Assembly (NCBI GenBank): GCA_965199955.1 | Contig: CBDATQ010000001.1 | Span: 544,001-608,000 of the forward strand | Reading direction: 5' to 3' | Source: Spirochaetia bacterium | Lineage (GTDB): Bacteria > Spirochaetota > Spirochaetia > SZUA-6 > Bin103 | Length of the DNA stretch: 64,000 bases | Shown: positions 41,679 to 51,549 of the stretch, one piece after another | Layout of the letters: every line of letters begins with the position of its first letter | Numbering within the stretch: position 1 is the stretch's first letter | The notes under the pieces: generated by a model | The model's database searches: none | The model's input: only the letters and a program-made list of their open reading frames with translations | What the model was told of the DNA's origin: nothing | Made by a program: the position numbers and the translations under genes

Positions 41679-42906
41679 CGGCCAGGTCCTCCTCGATCGT
41701 GTCGCTGCCCCGCAGCAGCATCACGCGCCCGCCGCGGTTGCGGACCGTGTTGAAGTACTGCTCGGCGTCGTGCAGCGCGCGCGGGCTGCGGCCGGTGCCG
41801 TTGAAGATCACGCCGGTCACCTGCTTGGAGCTCACCGACGCCTCGATGATCGTGAACAGCTCGGGGTCCAGGTGGTGGGTCAGGAACATGACCGCCTCCG
41901 CGTCGTCGGCGCGCGCCTCCCAGTCGGCCCAGAACAGCCGTGCCGGCGACATGCTGTCGCGGAACGCGAGCTGGAAGTTCTCCTCGTAGAGCCGGTCGAA
42001 CTCGTCCAGGTGTTGTCCGGAGAACGCGTACACGCCCTGCCTGACGGCCGCGCGGACCGAGGTGGGCACGCCCATCGACAGGAAGTGGCGGACCACGGCC
42101 AGCAGCGCCTCGATCGTCACGTCCTCGACCGCCAGGACCGGCGCGTCGCCGGCGTCCGCGGCCGGCATGCGCAGGTCGACGTAGATCGTCACCGCCGGCT
42201 CCGAGCTGGCCTGGTACTGGCGGACGAACGGCTTGCCGATGGCCGCGAACTTCCGCCAGGCGATGTGGCGGGCAGGTTCCCCGTGGCGCGCCTCGCGGAG
42301 CTGGGTGAACATGGCGTAGTCGGGCTCGCCCACCATCGACTCGCGCCGGCCCGCGTGCGGATGCGCCTCGTCGCCGGCGGCCAGGCGGGCGATCTTCAGC
42401 ACCCGCGGATAGACCTGGAACTCCCGGAAGGTCACCGCGGGCCGCGCCGTGAACAGGCGCAACGGGTCGCGCAGGGTGACGCGCCGCATGCCGATCGTGT
42501 AGATCCCGCGGTAGGGGAGCCGGATCGGGTAGTCACGATCGATCACGGCGCTGCCGCCCAGGTACATCGACAGGTCGGGAAGCACGGTCTCCTCCAGCGG
42601 GCGCACCACCTTGAACTCCACATGGAGCTGCGAGATCGGGATCACCGAGCGGTTCTCGAGGCGAAACGAGTAGACCATGTCCTCGCCCTTGACCGGGTGC
42701 GCGCTGGAGAACTTCTGCCCGAAGGCCAGGGACGAGGCGGCCACGTGAAGGGCCACGAAGGAGAAGAGCGGCACCAGCAGCAGCATGATCGCCAGCGCGA
42801 CAAAGAACCCGCCCAGGTAAGCGGCCGCCAGGTAGGCGATGACCAGGGTGGCGGCGTAGAAGCCGAGCGCCCGCGTCCGTTGACCGACCGTGAAGGACCG
42901 GGTCAT
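41629..42906 (-). CDS. DUF58 domain protein
   Basis: N-terminal TM pair, RGIY, DPLRLF, VYPR, LREARHGEPARHIAWRKFA. Confidence 0.85.
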   Translation of the reverse strand: MTRSFTVGQRTRALGFYAATLVIAYLAAAYLGGFFVALAIMLLLVPLFSFVALHVAASSLAFGQKFSSAHPVKGEDMVYSFRLENRSVIPISQLHVEFKVVRPLEETVLPDLSMYLGGSAVIDRDYPIRLPYRGIYTIGMRRVTLRDPLRLFTARPAVTFREFQVYPRVLKIARLAAGDEAHPHAGRRESMVGEPDYAMFTQLREARHGEPARHIAWRKFAAIGKPFVRQYQASSEPAVTIYVDLRMPAADAGDAPVLAVEDVTIEALLAVVRHFLSMGVPTSVRAAVRQGVYAFSGQHLDEFDRLYEENFQLAFRDSMSPARLFWADWEARADDAEAVMFLTHHLDPELFTIIEASVSSKQVTGVIFNGTGRSPRALHDAEQYFNTVRNRGGRVMLLRGSDTIEEDLAGGDLRATAPLALGRSA

Positions 42907-43083
42907 CGCGTGTGAATCTACCACGCCCCGGTCACCGTCGCCTGCGGCTCCGCTGACCGGCCCATCCCCACCTGGCCGGGAGTCCGTCGCACCGCCCGCT
43001 CGCGCGGCCGTCGCGCCAGAATCCCGGCACCAAATGCCTGCGCTGACTCATTGCCGGAGGCGGTGATACGATGGCGGCTTGTC

Positions 43084-43938
43084 ATGCAGGACGTTTCTCT
43101 GACGCTCGAAGGCAAGTCGTTCGTGGTCACCGGCGGCGCGCTTGGCATCGGCGGCGCCATCTCCGACGCGGCGGCCGCGGCCGGCGCCAGAGTGCTGGTG
43201 GTCGACCGCGACGCCGGCGCGGGCGCGGCACGGGTCGACCGGATCACCGCGGCGGGCGGCACCGCCGTGTTTCTTCAGGCCGACCTGGCCACCCACGCCG
43301 GCTGCCGGGCCGCCGTGGACGAGACGGTGGCCGCCTTCGGAACCGTCGACGTGCTGTGCAACAACGTGGGCATCCAGCCACCCGCGTCCTACCAGACCGC
43401 GGAGGACACGACCGAGGAGATGTGGGACCAGATCATGGCGGTCAACGTGAAGAGCTACTTCCTGACCGCCAAGTACGCCATCCCCCACATGCGCAGCCGC
43501 GGCGGCGGGGCGATCATCAACATCGCCAGCGTGCAGGGACTGCAGTCGGCGCCGCTGGTCCCGGCGTATGCCGCCAGCAAGGGCGCGGCCCTGTCGCTGA
43601 CCCGCCAGATGGCGATCGACTACGCGCGCGAGAACATCCGCGTGCTGGCCGTCTGCCCCGGCAGCATCGACACGCCGCTGCTGCGCGCCGCGGTGGCCAT
43701 GGCGGGCGGTGACCTGGAGCAGTCCGTGCACGACGTGGGACTGGGCCATCCGCTGGGGCGCACCGGGCAGCCCGAGGAGATCGCATCGGTCGTGGTGTTC
43801 CTGGCCGGCTCGGGCGCGTCGTTCATGACCGGCGAGTACGTCTGCGTCGACGGCGGCTACAACGCGTTGGGCGCCTGGGCGCAGCCACGCGAACCGGGCG
43901 CAGCGGCTGCGGGCGCAGCGGCCGGCGGCGACGCGTGA
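43084..43938 (+). CDS. SDR oxidoreductase
   Basis: TGGALGIG, NNVG, YAASK, CPGSIDT. Confidence 0.93.
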   Translation: MQDVSLTLEGKSFVVTGGALGIGGAISDAAAAAGARVLVVDRDAGAGAARVDRITAAGGTAVFLQADLATHAGCRAAVDETVAAFGTVDVLCNNVGIQPPASYQTAEDTTEEMWDQIMAVNVKSYFLTAKYAIPHMRSRGGGAIINIASVQGLQSAPLVPAYAASKGAALSLTRQMAIDYARENIRVLAVCPGSIDTPLLRAAVAMAGGDLEQSVHDVGLGHPLGRTGQPEEIASVVVFLAGSGASFMTGEYVCVDGGYNALGAWAQPREPGAAAAGAAAGGDA

Positions 43939-44726
43939 GCGACGGCCTGGACGGCCGCGTGGCGGTCGTCACCGGCGGCGCCGGCGGCATCGGCCGTACC
44001 GTGTGCCGGCATTTCGCAGAGCGCGGCGCACGCGTGACGGTCGCCGACCTGGACGCCGACCGGGCGGCGGAGACGGCCGCCGAGTGCGGCGAGGAGCAGG
44101 CGATCGGGGTGCAGGTCGACGTCGTCGATCCCGGCTCGGCCGCGGACTGCGTGGCGGCCACCGTCGAACGCTTCGGACGCGTCGACTGCCTCGTGTACTG
44201 CGCCGGCAACAACATCAAGGGACCGGCCCTGGAGCTGAGCCTGGAGGACTGGCGCAGTGCGCTCGACACTCACCTGACCGGCGCGTTCGTCTTCTGCCAG
44301 GCCGTGGGACGGCGCCTGGTGGCGCAGGGAGAGGGGGGCCGCATCGTGCTGCTCTCGTCCGTGGCGGCGTGGGCGCCGATCCCGCAGCGCGGCGCCTACA
44401 GCCCGTCCAAGGCGGGGCTGGTGAGCCTTGCGCAGGTGTTGTCGGTGGAGTGGGCGGAGCACCGGATCAACGTCAACGCGGTCTGCCCCGGCGTGGCCAA
44501 GACACCGATGACCGATATGGTGTATTCACGTGACCCAGAGTTGAAGCGAACCCGCCGGAACCGGATGCCGATTCCCCGCGAGGTGCTGCCGGAAGAGATC
44601 GCCGACCTGGTTGTCTTCCTGTGCGGCGCCGGCTCGGCCTACATCAACGGGGCGGCGATTCCGATCGACGGCGGCTTCCTCAACTCGGGGTTCATGCCGG
44701 AGCGGAACCGCGACGAGCACTCTTGA
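43935..44726 (+). CDS. SDR oxidoreductase
   Basis: TGGAGGIG, YSPSK, NAVCPG, IDGG. Confidence 0.93.
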   Translation: MSDGLDGRVAVVTGGAGGIGRTVCRHFAERGARVTVADLDADRAAETAAECGEEQAIGVQVDVVDPGSAADCVAATVERFGRVDCLVYCAGNNIKGPALELSLEDWRSALDTHLTGAFVFCQAVGRRLVAQGEGGRIVLLSSVAAWAPIPQRGAYSPSKAGLVSLAQVLSVEWAEHRINVNAVCPGVAKTPMTDMVYSRDPELKRTRRNRMPIPREVLPEEIADLVVFLCGAGSAYINGAAIPIDGGFLNSGFMPERNRDEHS

Positions 44727-44755
44727 GGAATCCATAGGGTAAGGAGCAAAGGAAC

Positions 44756-45004
44756 ATGGCGGACAAGGACAAGAAACTACAGGACCTCGACCAGCGGCTG
44801 ATCGGCGTGATCATCGGTGCCGTCGGTCTGGTGCTGTTCGTGCTGGGCGTGGTAGGCGCGCTACGGGTCACCTTCCTGGGGGTGATCGGCGTGGTCGTCG
44901 GCGTCATCGTCTACTTCGTCGGCGTCAGCAACAAGAAGAAGTGGGAAGAGGTGAAGAAGGACCTGTACCCGGAAGGTGAAGACGCAGGCGGGCAGAGCAG
45001 GTAG
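44756..45004 (+). CDS. Small two-TM membrane protein
   Basis: AAGGAG/AGGA SD; two hydrophobic helices with Lys-rich flanks. Confidence 0.75.
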   Translation: MADKDKKLQDLDQRLIGVIIGAVGLVLFVLGVVGALRVTFLGVIGVVVGVIVYFVGVSNKKKWEEVKKDLYPEGEDAGGQSR

Positions 45005-45081
45005 CGCCCCGAAACCGTCACGGCCAATGGTGGGGAGTCCGCTTCCGCCGCCGGAAACGGCCATGACCGTATACTCCAGTG

Positions 45082-46218
45082 ATGACCCAGGCAGGCGCGG
45101 TGCAGGGCCTGTCGGTCCGCCCGGCGCGGCGTGCCGACATGCGTGCGTTCGTCAGGTTCCCGTGGACGATCTACCGGGACGATCCGCATTGGGTGCCGCC
45201 GCTGATCCGGCGCGAGCGGCGGCGCCTGAGCCCGGCGGCCAACCCGTTCTTCGAGCACGCGTCCATCCAGCCGTTCGTGGCGATTCGGGACCGCCGCATG
45301 GCCGGCCGCATCGCCGCGATCATCGACGATCGCCACAACGAGTATCACGGCGAAACCGCCGGATTCTTCGGCTTCTTCGAGTGCGTGGACGACGCGGAAG
45401 TGGCCGCGGAGCTGTTGCAGGCAGCGGGAGACTGGCTGCGCGTCCGCGGCATGACCGTAATGCGCGGGCCGTTCAACCCGGCCACCAGCGACTCCCTTGG
45501 CATCCTCGTGGACGGCTTCGGCAGCCCGCCGGCCTTCCTGATGGCCTACAACCCGCCGTACTACCCCGGCTTGCTGGAACGGGTGGGACTGGGCAAGGCA
45601 CGGGACCTGTACGCCTACTACATGCACTCATCGGAATCGGAGATACCGCCCAAGATCGCCCGCGTGGCGGCTGCGGTGCGCAAGCGCCAGGGGGTGAGCG
45701 TGCGCGGGGGGGACCCGCGGCGCATTCGCGCCGAAATGGATCTGATCAAGCTGATCCACAACGAGGCCTCGGGCCGCAACTGGGGATTCGTCCCAAAGAC
45801 GGAGGCGGAGCTGGACCGCATGGCCCGCGATCTGAAACGTCTGGTCGATCCGGAGCTGGCGCTGTTCGCATTCGTGCATGGCGAGCCGGCCGGCTTCTCG
45901 CTGGCCCTGCCGGACTGGAACCAGGCGTTCCGCAACCTCAACGGCCGCCTGTTCCCGTTCGGCTACCTGAAGCTGCTGCGTGACCGGCGCCACATCAACC
46001 TGCTGCGCGTGTACACGACCGGCGTGCGGCCGCGCTTCCGCAACCTGGGGCTGGACGCGATCTTCTACTACGAGACCTGGGTGCGCGGCGTCGGCCGGGG
46101 CCTGCTGGGCGGCGAGTTCTCCTGGGTGCTGGAGGACAACGTCAACATGCGCAACACCCTGGAGAACATGGGCGCACGCAGGCACAAGACCTACCGCATC
46201 TACGAACGCCCACTGTAG
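45082..46218 (+). CDS. Tandem-GNAT N-acyltransferase (YghO/bacterial ceramide synthase-like)
   Basis: DPHWVPPL, NPFFEHA, GRIAAI, FGFFEC, GPFN, YNPPYY, NWGFVP, SWVLEDN, KTYRIY. Confidence 0.8.
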   Translation: MTQAGAVQGLSVRPARRADMRAFVRFPWTIYRDDPHWVPPLIRRERRRLSPAANPFFEHASIQPFVAIRDRRMAGRIAAIIDDRHNEYHGETAGFFGFFECVDDAEVAAELLQAAGDWLRVRGMTVMRGPFNPATSDSLGILVDGFGSPPAFLMAYNPPYYPGLLERVGLGKARDLYAYYMHSSESEIPPKIARVAAAVRKRQGVSVRGGDPRRIRAEMDLIKLIHNEASGRNWGFVPKTEAELDRMARDLKRLVDPELALFAFVHGEPAGFSLALPDWNQAFRNLNGRLFPFGYLKLLRDRRHINLLRVYTTGVRPRFRNLGLDAIFYYETWVRGVGRGLLGGEFSWVLEDNVNMRNTLENMGARRHKTYRIYERPL

Positions 46219-46253
46219 CCAAGGCCGCTGCCTCCGCAGTCGTCGCTTGCGAT

Positions 46254-46282
46254 TTGACCGCCGGGGAGCGCGCCGGTAGCAT
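46254..46282 (+). promoter_or_regulatory. Sigma70-type promoter, near-leaderless, for the nitroreductase
   Basis: TTGACC-17nt-TAGCAT, 9 nt before ATG 46292. Confidence 0.65.
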
Positions 46283-46291
46283 CCCGGCCTC

Positions 46292-46862
46292 ATGTCGGTA
46301 CTGGAAACTATCGCCGAACGGCGCTCGATCTTCGACTTTCAGCCGACGGCCGTGCCGCGCGAACGGATCGAGCGCGCGCTGCAGGCGGCGGTCTGGGCTC
46401 CCAATCACAAGCTGACCGAACCGTGGCGGTTCATCGTCGTCGGCCCGGAGTGCAAGCGCCGGCTCGGCGACGTCTACGCGCGCATCAAGCAGGACGACGT
46501 GCCGGTCGACATCGCGCCGGAGGCGATGAGCGAGATCGGCCGCAAGGCGATCAGGAAGCTCATGAGCAAGCCGACGGTGATGGCCGTGACCTGCACCGTG
46601 TCGGGCGATCCCTTCCTTGACCGGGAGGACTATGCCGCCACCTGCTGCGCGATCCAGAACATCATGCTGGCGGCGTGGGAGGATGGCATCGGCATGCAGT
46701 GGAGCACCAGCGGCCTGATTGCGGACGAAGAGGCGCTGTCGGTGCTGGGCGTCGACCCCGAGCGGGAACAGGTGGTCGGGCCTGCTGTACGCAGGCTTCG
46801 CCGAACGGGTGCCGACCTCGGCGCGCAAACCCGCCGCCGAGCTCACCACCTGGCTGTCCTGA
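46292..46862 (+). pseudogene. Nitroreductase-family gene with an apparent 1-nt insertion near 46778-46780 (true frameshift or sequencing error)
   Basis: RRSI, APNHKLTEPWRF, AIQN. Removing one G restores VVGLLYAGFAERVPTSARKPAAELTTWLS*. Confidence 0.8.
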
Positions 46863-46875
46863 GGTCCATCTGAAC

Positions 46876-47979
46876 ATGAACGCAACCACTTCGATCGGAC
46901 TGCCCGTCGCCGAGCTCGACACGCCCGCCCTGCTCGTCGACCTGGACCTGCTGGACCGCAACATCGAACGCATCGCCGGCGTCGTGATCGACGACGCCGG
47001 AATCGGCTGGCGCCCGCATACCAAGGGGCTGAAGACCCCGGCGCTGGCGCACAAGTTGATCGCGCGCGGCGCGCTGGGCGTGACCTGCGCCAAGCTGGGC
47101 GAGGCGGAGGTCATGGCCTCGGCCGGCGTCAAGGACATCCTGGTCGCCAACCAGGTGGTGGGACCGGCCAAGACTCGGCGCTTGGCGCACCTGTGCCGCG
47201 GGGGCGCCGACGTGGTCGTCGCCGTCGACTCGGAGACCGGCATACGGCAGATAGGCGAGGCGGCCACCGCCGCCGGCAGCGAGGTGCGGGTCGTGGTCGA
47301 GCTGAACGTCGGCATGGACCGGGCCGGCGTCGCCCCGGGGGAGGAGGCGGTGCGCATGGCGCGCGTCGCCGCCGATACGCCGGCCGTGAAGCTGGCCGGG
47401 CTGATGGCGTGGGAGGGCCACACCCTCGGCATCGAGCCGATCGAGGCGAAGCGCAAGGCGATTCAAGCGGCGGTGGGCCTCCTGACCGACAGCGCCGACC
47501 GCTGCCGCGCGGCGGGAATGCCCATCGACATCGTGAGCTGCGGCGGCACCGGCAGCTACTGGATCACCGCCCGCCAGCCGGGCGTGACCGAGGTCCAGGC
47601 CGGCGGCGGCGTGCTCGGCGACGCCATGTACCGCCAGCGGTTCGGCGTCGACCACGACTGCGCGCTGCGTATCGCCGCCACGGTCACCAGTCGGCCGACC
47701 CCGCAGCGGGTCATCTGCGACGCCGGCCGCAAGACCATGAGCGTGGAGCCCACCACGCCGCAGGTGCAGGGCATCGCGGTCACGGAAGCGAAGTTCTCCG
47801 CCGAGCACGGCTCGCTGACCCTGGCCGAGCCGTCGGCGGAGCCCGGCGTCGGCGAGCGGCTGGAGTTCATCGCCGGCTACTCGGACACCACCGTCTTCCT
47901 GCACGACACGATCTACGCGACGCGCGACGGCGTCGTGGAAGCGGTCTGGCCGCTCTTGGGTCGCGGCAGGCTGACGTGA
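46876..47979 (+). CDS. DSD1/D-threonine aldolase-family fold-III PLP enzyme
   Basis: TPALLVD, RPHTK, CAKLGEAE, SCGGTG, SAEHG. Confidence 0.88.
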   Translation: MNATTSIGLPVAELDTPALLVDLDLLDRNIERIAGVVIDDAGIGWRPHTKGLKTPALAHKLIARGALGVTCAKLGEAEVMASAGVKDILVANQVVGPAKTRRLAHLCRGGADVVVAVDSETGIRQIGEAATAAGSEVRVVVELNVGMDRAGVAPGEEAVRMARVAADTPAVKLAGLMAWEGHTLGIEPIEAKRKAIQAAVGLLTDSADRCRAAGMPIDIVSCGGTGSYWITARQPGVTEVQAGGGVLGDAMYRQRFGVDHDCALRIAATVTSRPTPQRVICDAGRKTMSVEPTTPQVQGIAVTEAKFSAEHGSLTLAEPSAEPGVGERLEFIAGYSDTTVFLHDTIYATRDGVVEAVWPLLGRGRLT

Positions 47980-48059
47980 GGAGCTGCGCCGACACGCATT
48001 AGCCCGTCGCGCGAGACCGTGGAGATGCTTCCGTGCTCCCAGGGAAGACGCTGCCTGCG

Positions 48060-49199
48060 TTACGCCTGGCATACCTCCCGCACTATGCGGCGGTAGACGT
48101 CGACGGCGCGGTGGAGCTGCGCCAGCTCGATCCATTCGCCGTCGGTGTGGGCCTGGGCGATGTCGCCGGGACCCATCACCACGAGCTGCACGCGCTCCTT
48201 GAAGGCGTGCGCGTCTGTCCCGTACGGGACGGTCCTGGCGCGCTCGGCGCCGGTGGCGGCCAGCGCGGTGCGCACGACCTCGGAGTCCGGGTCGACCTGG
48301 AACGGCGTGCCGGCGTGGGCGTCGACCTCCAGGCCGTGCGCGCGGGCGCGCTCCGACACCATCTCGAGCACGTCCTGCGTGCGGTCGCCGGGCGCGGGGC
48401 GGAAGGACACGGTGCAGACCGCCTTGGGTGCGCTGACGTTGGGACGGGTGCCGAAGTCGGTGTAGACGACGTTGAAGCCGTTGGTGGGCGGGTCGAAGTC
48501 GCGGTTCCAGAAGCTCTCGTCGGTGCGGAAGGTCTCCGCCAGTCCCGGCAGCTCGGCCAGGAAGGGAGCCATCAGCAGGTTGGCCGACACGCCGCGGCCG
48601 GTGGACGTGTGCGCGGCGCGTCCGTGCGCGGTGACGATCACGCGCGCGCCGCCCTTGTGGGCGTACACCGGCACCATGCGGGTCGGCTCGGCGATGACCC
48701 CGCAGCGCGGCAGCTCGGCGTTGTAGAGCTCCGAGTCCTGATCGATCTGCCGTGCGCCGCGGCCGGAGATCTCCTCGTCCGCCGTGGCCGCCACGTACAC
48801 CGCGCGTTCGAGATGCTCGTCCCGCAGCGCCGCTGTCGCGCACAGCGTGGCCGCCAGCGGTCCCTTCATGTCGCAGCTTCCCAGGCCGATCAGCCGGTCG
48901 TCGCGCACCACGGGGCTGTGCGGGTCGGTCGACCAGCCGTCGCCAGGCACGGTGTCCACGTGCGAGTAGAACGCCAGCCCGCCGGCGCCGCTTCCCTTCT
49001 TGCCGATCACGCTGTCCTTGCGCACGCCGGCGTCGTCGCGATAGGTCAGTCGCTCGATCTCGAAGTCGTGGCGCTCCATGAAGCGCTCGACGACGTCGCA
49101 TACCGGCGCGCTGGACACGCGACTGACCGAGTCTATCGCGACCAAATCCTTCGTCAGGGCTACGGGGTCCGCCCCGAGGGAATCAGACATCACCGCCAC
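48060..49199 (-). CDS. M20 deacylase (acetylornithine deacetylase ArgE-like)
   Basis: SHVDTVP, GSCDMKG, DEE, AEPT, GPGDIAQAHTDGE. Confidence 0.9.
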   Translation of the reverse strand: MAVMSDSLGADPVALTKDLVAIDSVSRVSSAPVCDVVERFMERHDFEIERLTYRDDAGVRKDSVIGKKGSGAGGLAFYSHVDTVPGDGWSTDPHSPVVRDDRLIGLGSCDMKGPLAATLCATAALRDEHLERAVYVAATADEEISGRGARQIDQDSELYNAELPRCGVIAEPTRMVPVYAHKGGARVIVTAHGRAAHTSTGRGVSANLLMAPFLAELPGLAETFRTDESFWNRDFDPPTNGFNVVYTDFGTRPNVSAPKAVCTVSFRPAPGDRTQDVLEMVSERARAHGLEVDAHAGTPFQVDPDSEVVRTALAATGAERARTVPYGTDAHAFKERVQLVVMGPGDIAQAHTDGEWIELAQLHRAVDVYRRIVREVCQA

Positions 49200-50205
49200 T
49201 CCCTGCCGGCGTGACCGGGCGGCCGATGCGCGCCGATTCGTAGAGCGCGTCCATCAGCTCGCTCTGGCGCACGCCGTCGGTGGGGCCGGTGGCCGGTTCC
49301 TCTGTCCCGCGGATCGCCGCCACGAAGTTGAGCGCCGTGGGCATCGCCTCGCCCGTACAGCTCAGATCGCCGACCTCTCCGTCGCCGTCGTAGGCGCGCA
49401 GCCAGCTCCCCGACCAGCCGTCGATCGCCACGCGGCCGCCGGAGAAGATGAACTCCATGCCGGAGGCGGACGCAGGGCAGTTGCCGGAGATGACGATGGT
49501 GGCCAGCACGCCGCTCTCGAAACGGGCCACCAGCGCGGAGTTGATGTCCACCGGCTGGTCCATGAAGTCGACCATGGCGTATACCTCGGTGGGACTGGAT
49601 TCCAGGGTCCAGATCAGGCTGTTCAGCAGGTGGGCGCCGGAGTCGTAGGCCTGCCCGCCGCCGGCCAGCACCGGGTCGCGCTTCCAGGGTCGGCCGCTGG
49701 AGGTGAGCTTCAGCCACGGCTGCGTCAGGTAACCGGTGACCAGTTCCAGCTTCCCCAGGCGCTCGGTTCGCACGATGGAGCGCAGCCGCTGGAAGGTCGG
49801 AGTGCAGGGCGTGTTGTAGCCGATCAGGAGCAGCTTGCCGGCCGCTTCCACCCGGTCGCGCAACGCGTAGGCGTCTGCCACGGTGGTGACCATCGGCTTC
49901 TCCACCAGCACGTGGCAGCCGGCGGCCAGCGCGCGCGAGGCGTGGTCGCAGTGCAGGCTGTGCGGCGTGGCGATCACGACGCCGTCCATGCCGGACTCGG
50001 CGTAGAGCGCCTCCTGATCGGTGAACAGGGCCGGGCGGGGCGCGTCCGGGATGTGCTCGGCGATGAAGCGTTCCATGATCGCGGTGTCGACGTCGCACAC
50101 GGCGGCCAGCTCGGCGCCGTCGGCGGCGACCAGGGACTGGGCGTGCCGGCGGGCGATGCCGCCGCAGCCGACCAGGCCGATCCGCAGGGGAGATTCGGGT
50201 GTCAT
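49183..50205 (-). CDS. Gfo/Idh/MocA oxidoreductase
   Basis: VGCGGIA, ATPHSLH, VEKPM, DSGAH. Confidence 0.93.
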   Translation of the reverse strand: MTPESPLRIGLVGCGGIARRHAQSLVAADGAELAAVCDVDTAIMERFIAEHIPDAPRPALFTDQEALYAESGMDGVVIATPHSLHCDHASRALAAGCHVLVEKPMVTTVADAYALRDRVEAAGKLLLIGYNTPCTPTFQRLRSIVRTERLGKLELVTGYLTQPWLKLTSSGRPWKRDPVLAGGGQAYDSGAHLLNSLIWTLESSPTEVYAMVDFMDQPVDINSALVARFESGVLATIVISGNCPASASGMEFIFSGGRVAIDGWSGSWLRAYDGDGEVGDLSCTGEAMPTALNFVAAIRGTEEPATGPTDGVRQSELMDALYESARIGRPVTPAGSGGDV

Positions 50206-50303
50206 GGGGCGGCATGGTAGAGGGAGCGCGCCCGGCTGCCCAGTGCGCGGCCGTGTCGGTCGACGATCGCTTCCAGCGCCGGCGGCGTGGTATGAGTTGG
50301 GCG

Positions 50304-50858
50304 ATGAAGCTGCCGCAGGCGATGCCGGAAGACGCCGGCCTGGAGCCGCGCCGCAAGGCGGTGATCGACGTGCTGAAGGACCGCTTCGCCCGTGGCGAGA
50401 TTGAGCTGGCCGAGTACGAGCGGCGCATCACCGCGGCCGCGGAGGCGCAGCGAGTGGGCGATCTGGCGGCGCTGGTGAGCGATCTGGGTCGCAGCGCCGT
50501 GCCGCCGAGCCTCCCGGAGGAGAAGCAGCAACTCGTGACGGTGATGAGTTCCCGCCACCAGCTCGGCGACTGGCTGCGTGCCGATGCGGTGGAGGTATTC
50601 GCGTTGATGGGGTCGGTCAGCCTGGACTTTACCGAGGTGCGGCCCGGCGACCGCCCGGTCGTGGTCGAGCTGCGCACCATGATGAGTGAGATCAGCTTCA
50701 AGGTGCCGCCCGGCATGCCGGTGCAGATGGACGTGAACACGATCATGGCGGACGCGTCGGTGCAACGGAGCGTCTCGACGGAGCCGGTGACCGGCCACGG
50801 CATCGTCGTGCGCGGCGTCGCGGTGATGGGCTCGGTCACGGCCCGCGTGCCGCGCTAA
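50304..50858 (+). CDS. DUF1707 (SHOCT-like) plus LiaF-like C-terminal beta domain protein
   Basis: FARGEIELAEYERR...DLAALVSDL; MGSVSLDF, VPPG, AVMGSV. Confidence 0.75.
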   Translation: MKLPQAMPEDAGLEPRRKAVIDVLKDRFARGEIELAEYERRITAAAEAQRVGDLAALVSDLGRSAVPPSLPEEKQQLVTVMSSRHQLGDWLRADAVEVFALMGSVSLDFTEVRPGDRPVVVELRTMMSEISFKVPPGMPVQMDVNTIMADASVQRSVSTEPVTGHGIVVRGVAVMGSVTARVPR

Positions 50859-51523
50859 CCGAAGACCGCGAATACGCTGATCAGGTAGTAGCCGGCGATC
50901 GCCAGCATGGCGGCGCCGGCGACGCGGTTGATGATGCCCTTGTGACGTCCCAGGAAGCGGACGATCGTCTGGCTGAACGCCCCCGAGGCGAGCGCCAGCA
51001 CCAGCAGCGGCGTGCCGATGCCGATCGCGAAGATCACGAAGTTCAGCATGTTGACGCCGAACTCGCCCACCGACACGGCGAGCTGCTTGGAGAAGAAGGC
51101 GCCGATGAAGCCGGGGTTGCACGGCAGCACGATGAAGCCGAAGAAGGCGCCGTAGCCGAACGCGGCCAGCACCGGGTTGCTGGCGGTGGGCGCGCGCACC
51201 ACCGGCAGCAGGCGGCTGAAGTCGACGTTGAAGATCAGGAGCACGCCGATGACCGCCAGCACCGCGAAGGCGATCGGCGAAGCGACGGCGGTGACGCCGG
51301 TGAGCGACAGCTCCAGCAGCGTGGAGAAGACCAGTCCGATGCCGATCATGGCGGCGCTGACGCCGGCCACCACCGCCAGGCCCATGACCAGAGGCGCGCG
51401 CCGGGCGCCTTCCCGCTGGCCGGCCAGGAAGGCGATGAACCCCGGGTAGAGCGGCAGCACGCAGGCCGCCGTCAGCGGTGTGGCCAGCCCCAGCAGAAAG
51501 CTGGTGGCCAGGTTACCGAGCGT
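50855..51523 (-). CDS. ccdA: CcdA/DsbD transmembrane electron transporter (apparent ACG start)
   Basis: TPLTAACVLPLYP and VLPCNPG cysteine motifs, about six TM helices; GGGAGG 7 nt before ACG 51523. Confidence 0.85.
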   Translation of the reverse strand, partial: TLGNLATSFLLGLATPLTAACVLPLYPGFIAFLAGQREGARRAPLVMGLAVVAGVSAAMIGIGLVFSTLLELSLTGVTAVASPIAFAVLAVIGVLLIFNVDFSRLLPVVRAPTASNPVLAAFGYGAFFGFIVLPCNPGFIGAFFSKQLAVSVGEFGVNMLNFVIFAIGIGTPLLVLALASGAFSQTIVRFLGRHKGIINRVAGAAMLAIAGYYLISVFAVFG

Positions 51524-51549
51524 GGCGGGACCTCCCGGTCACCGGCCGC

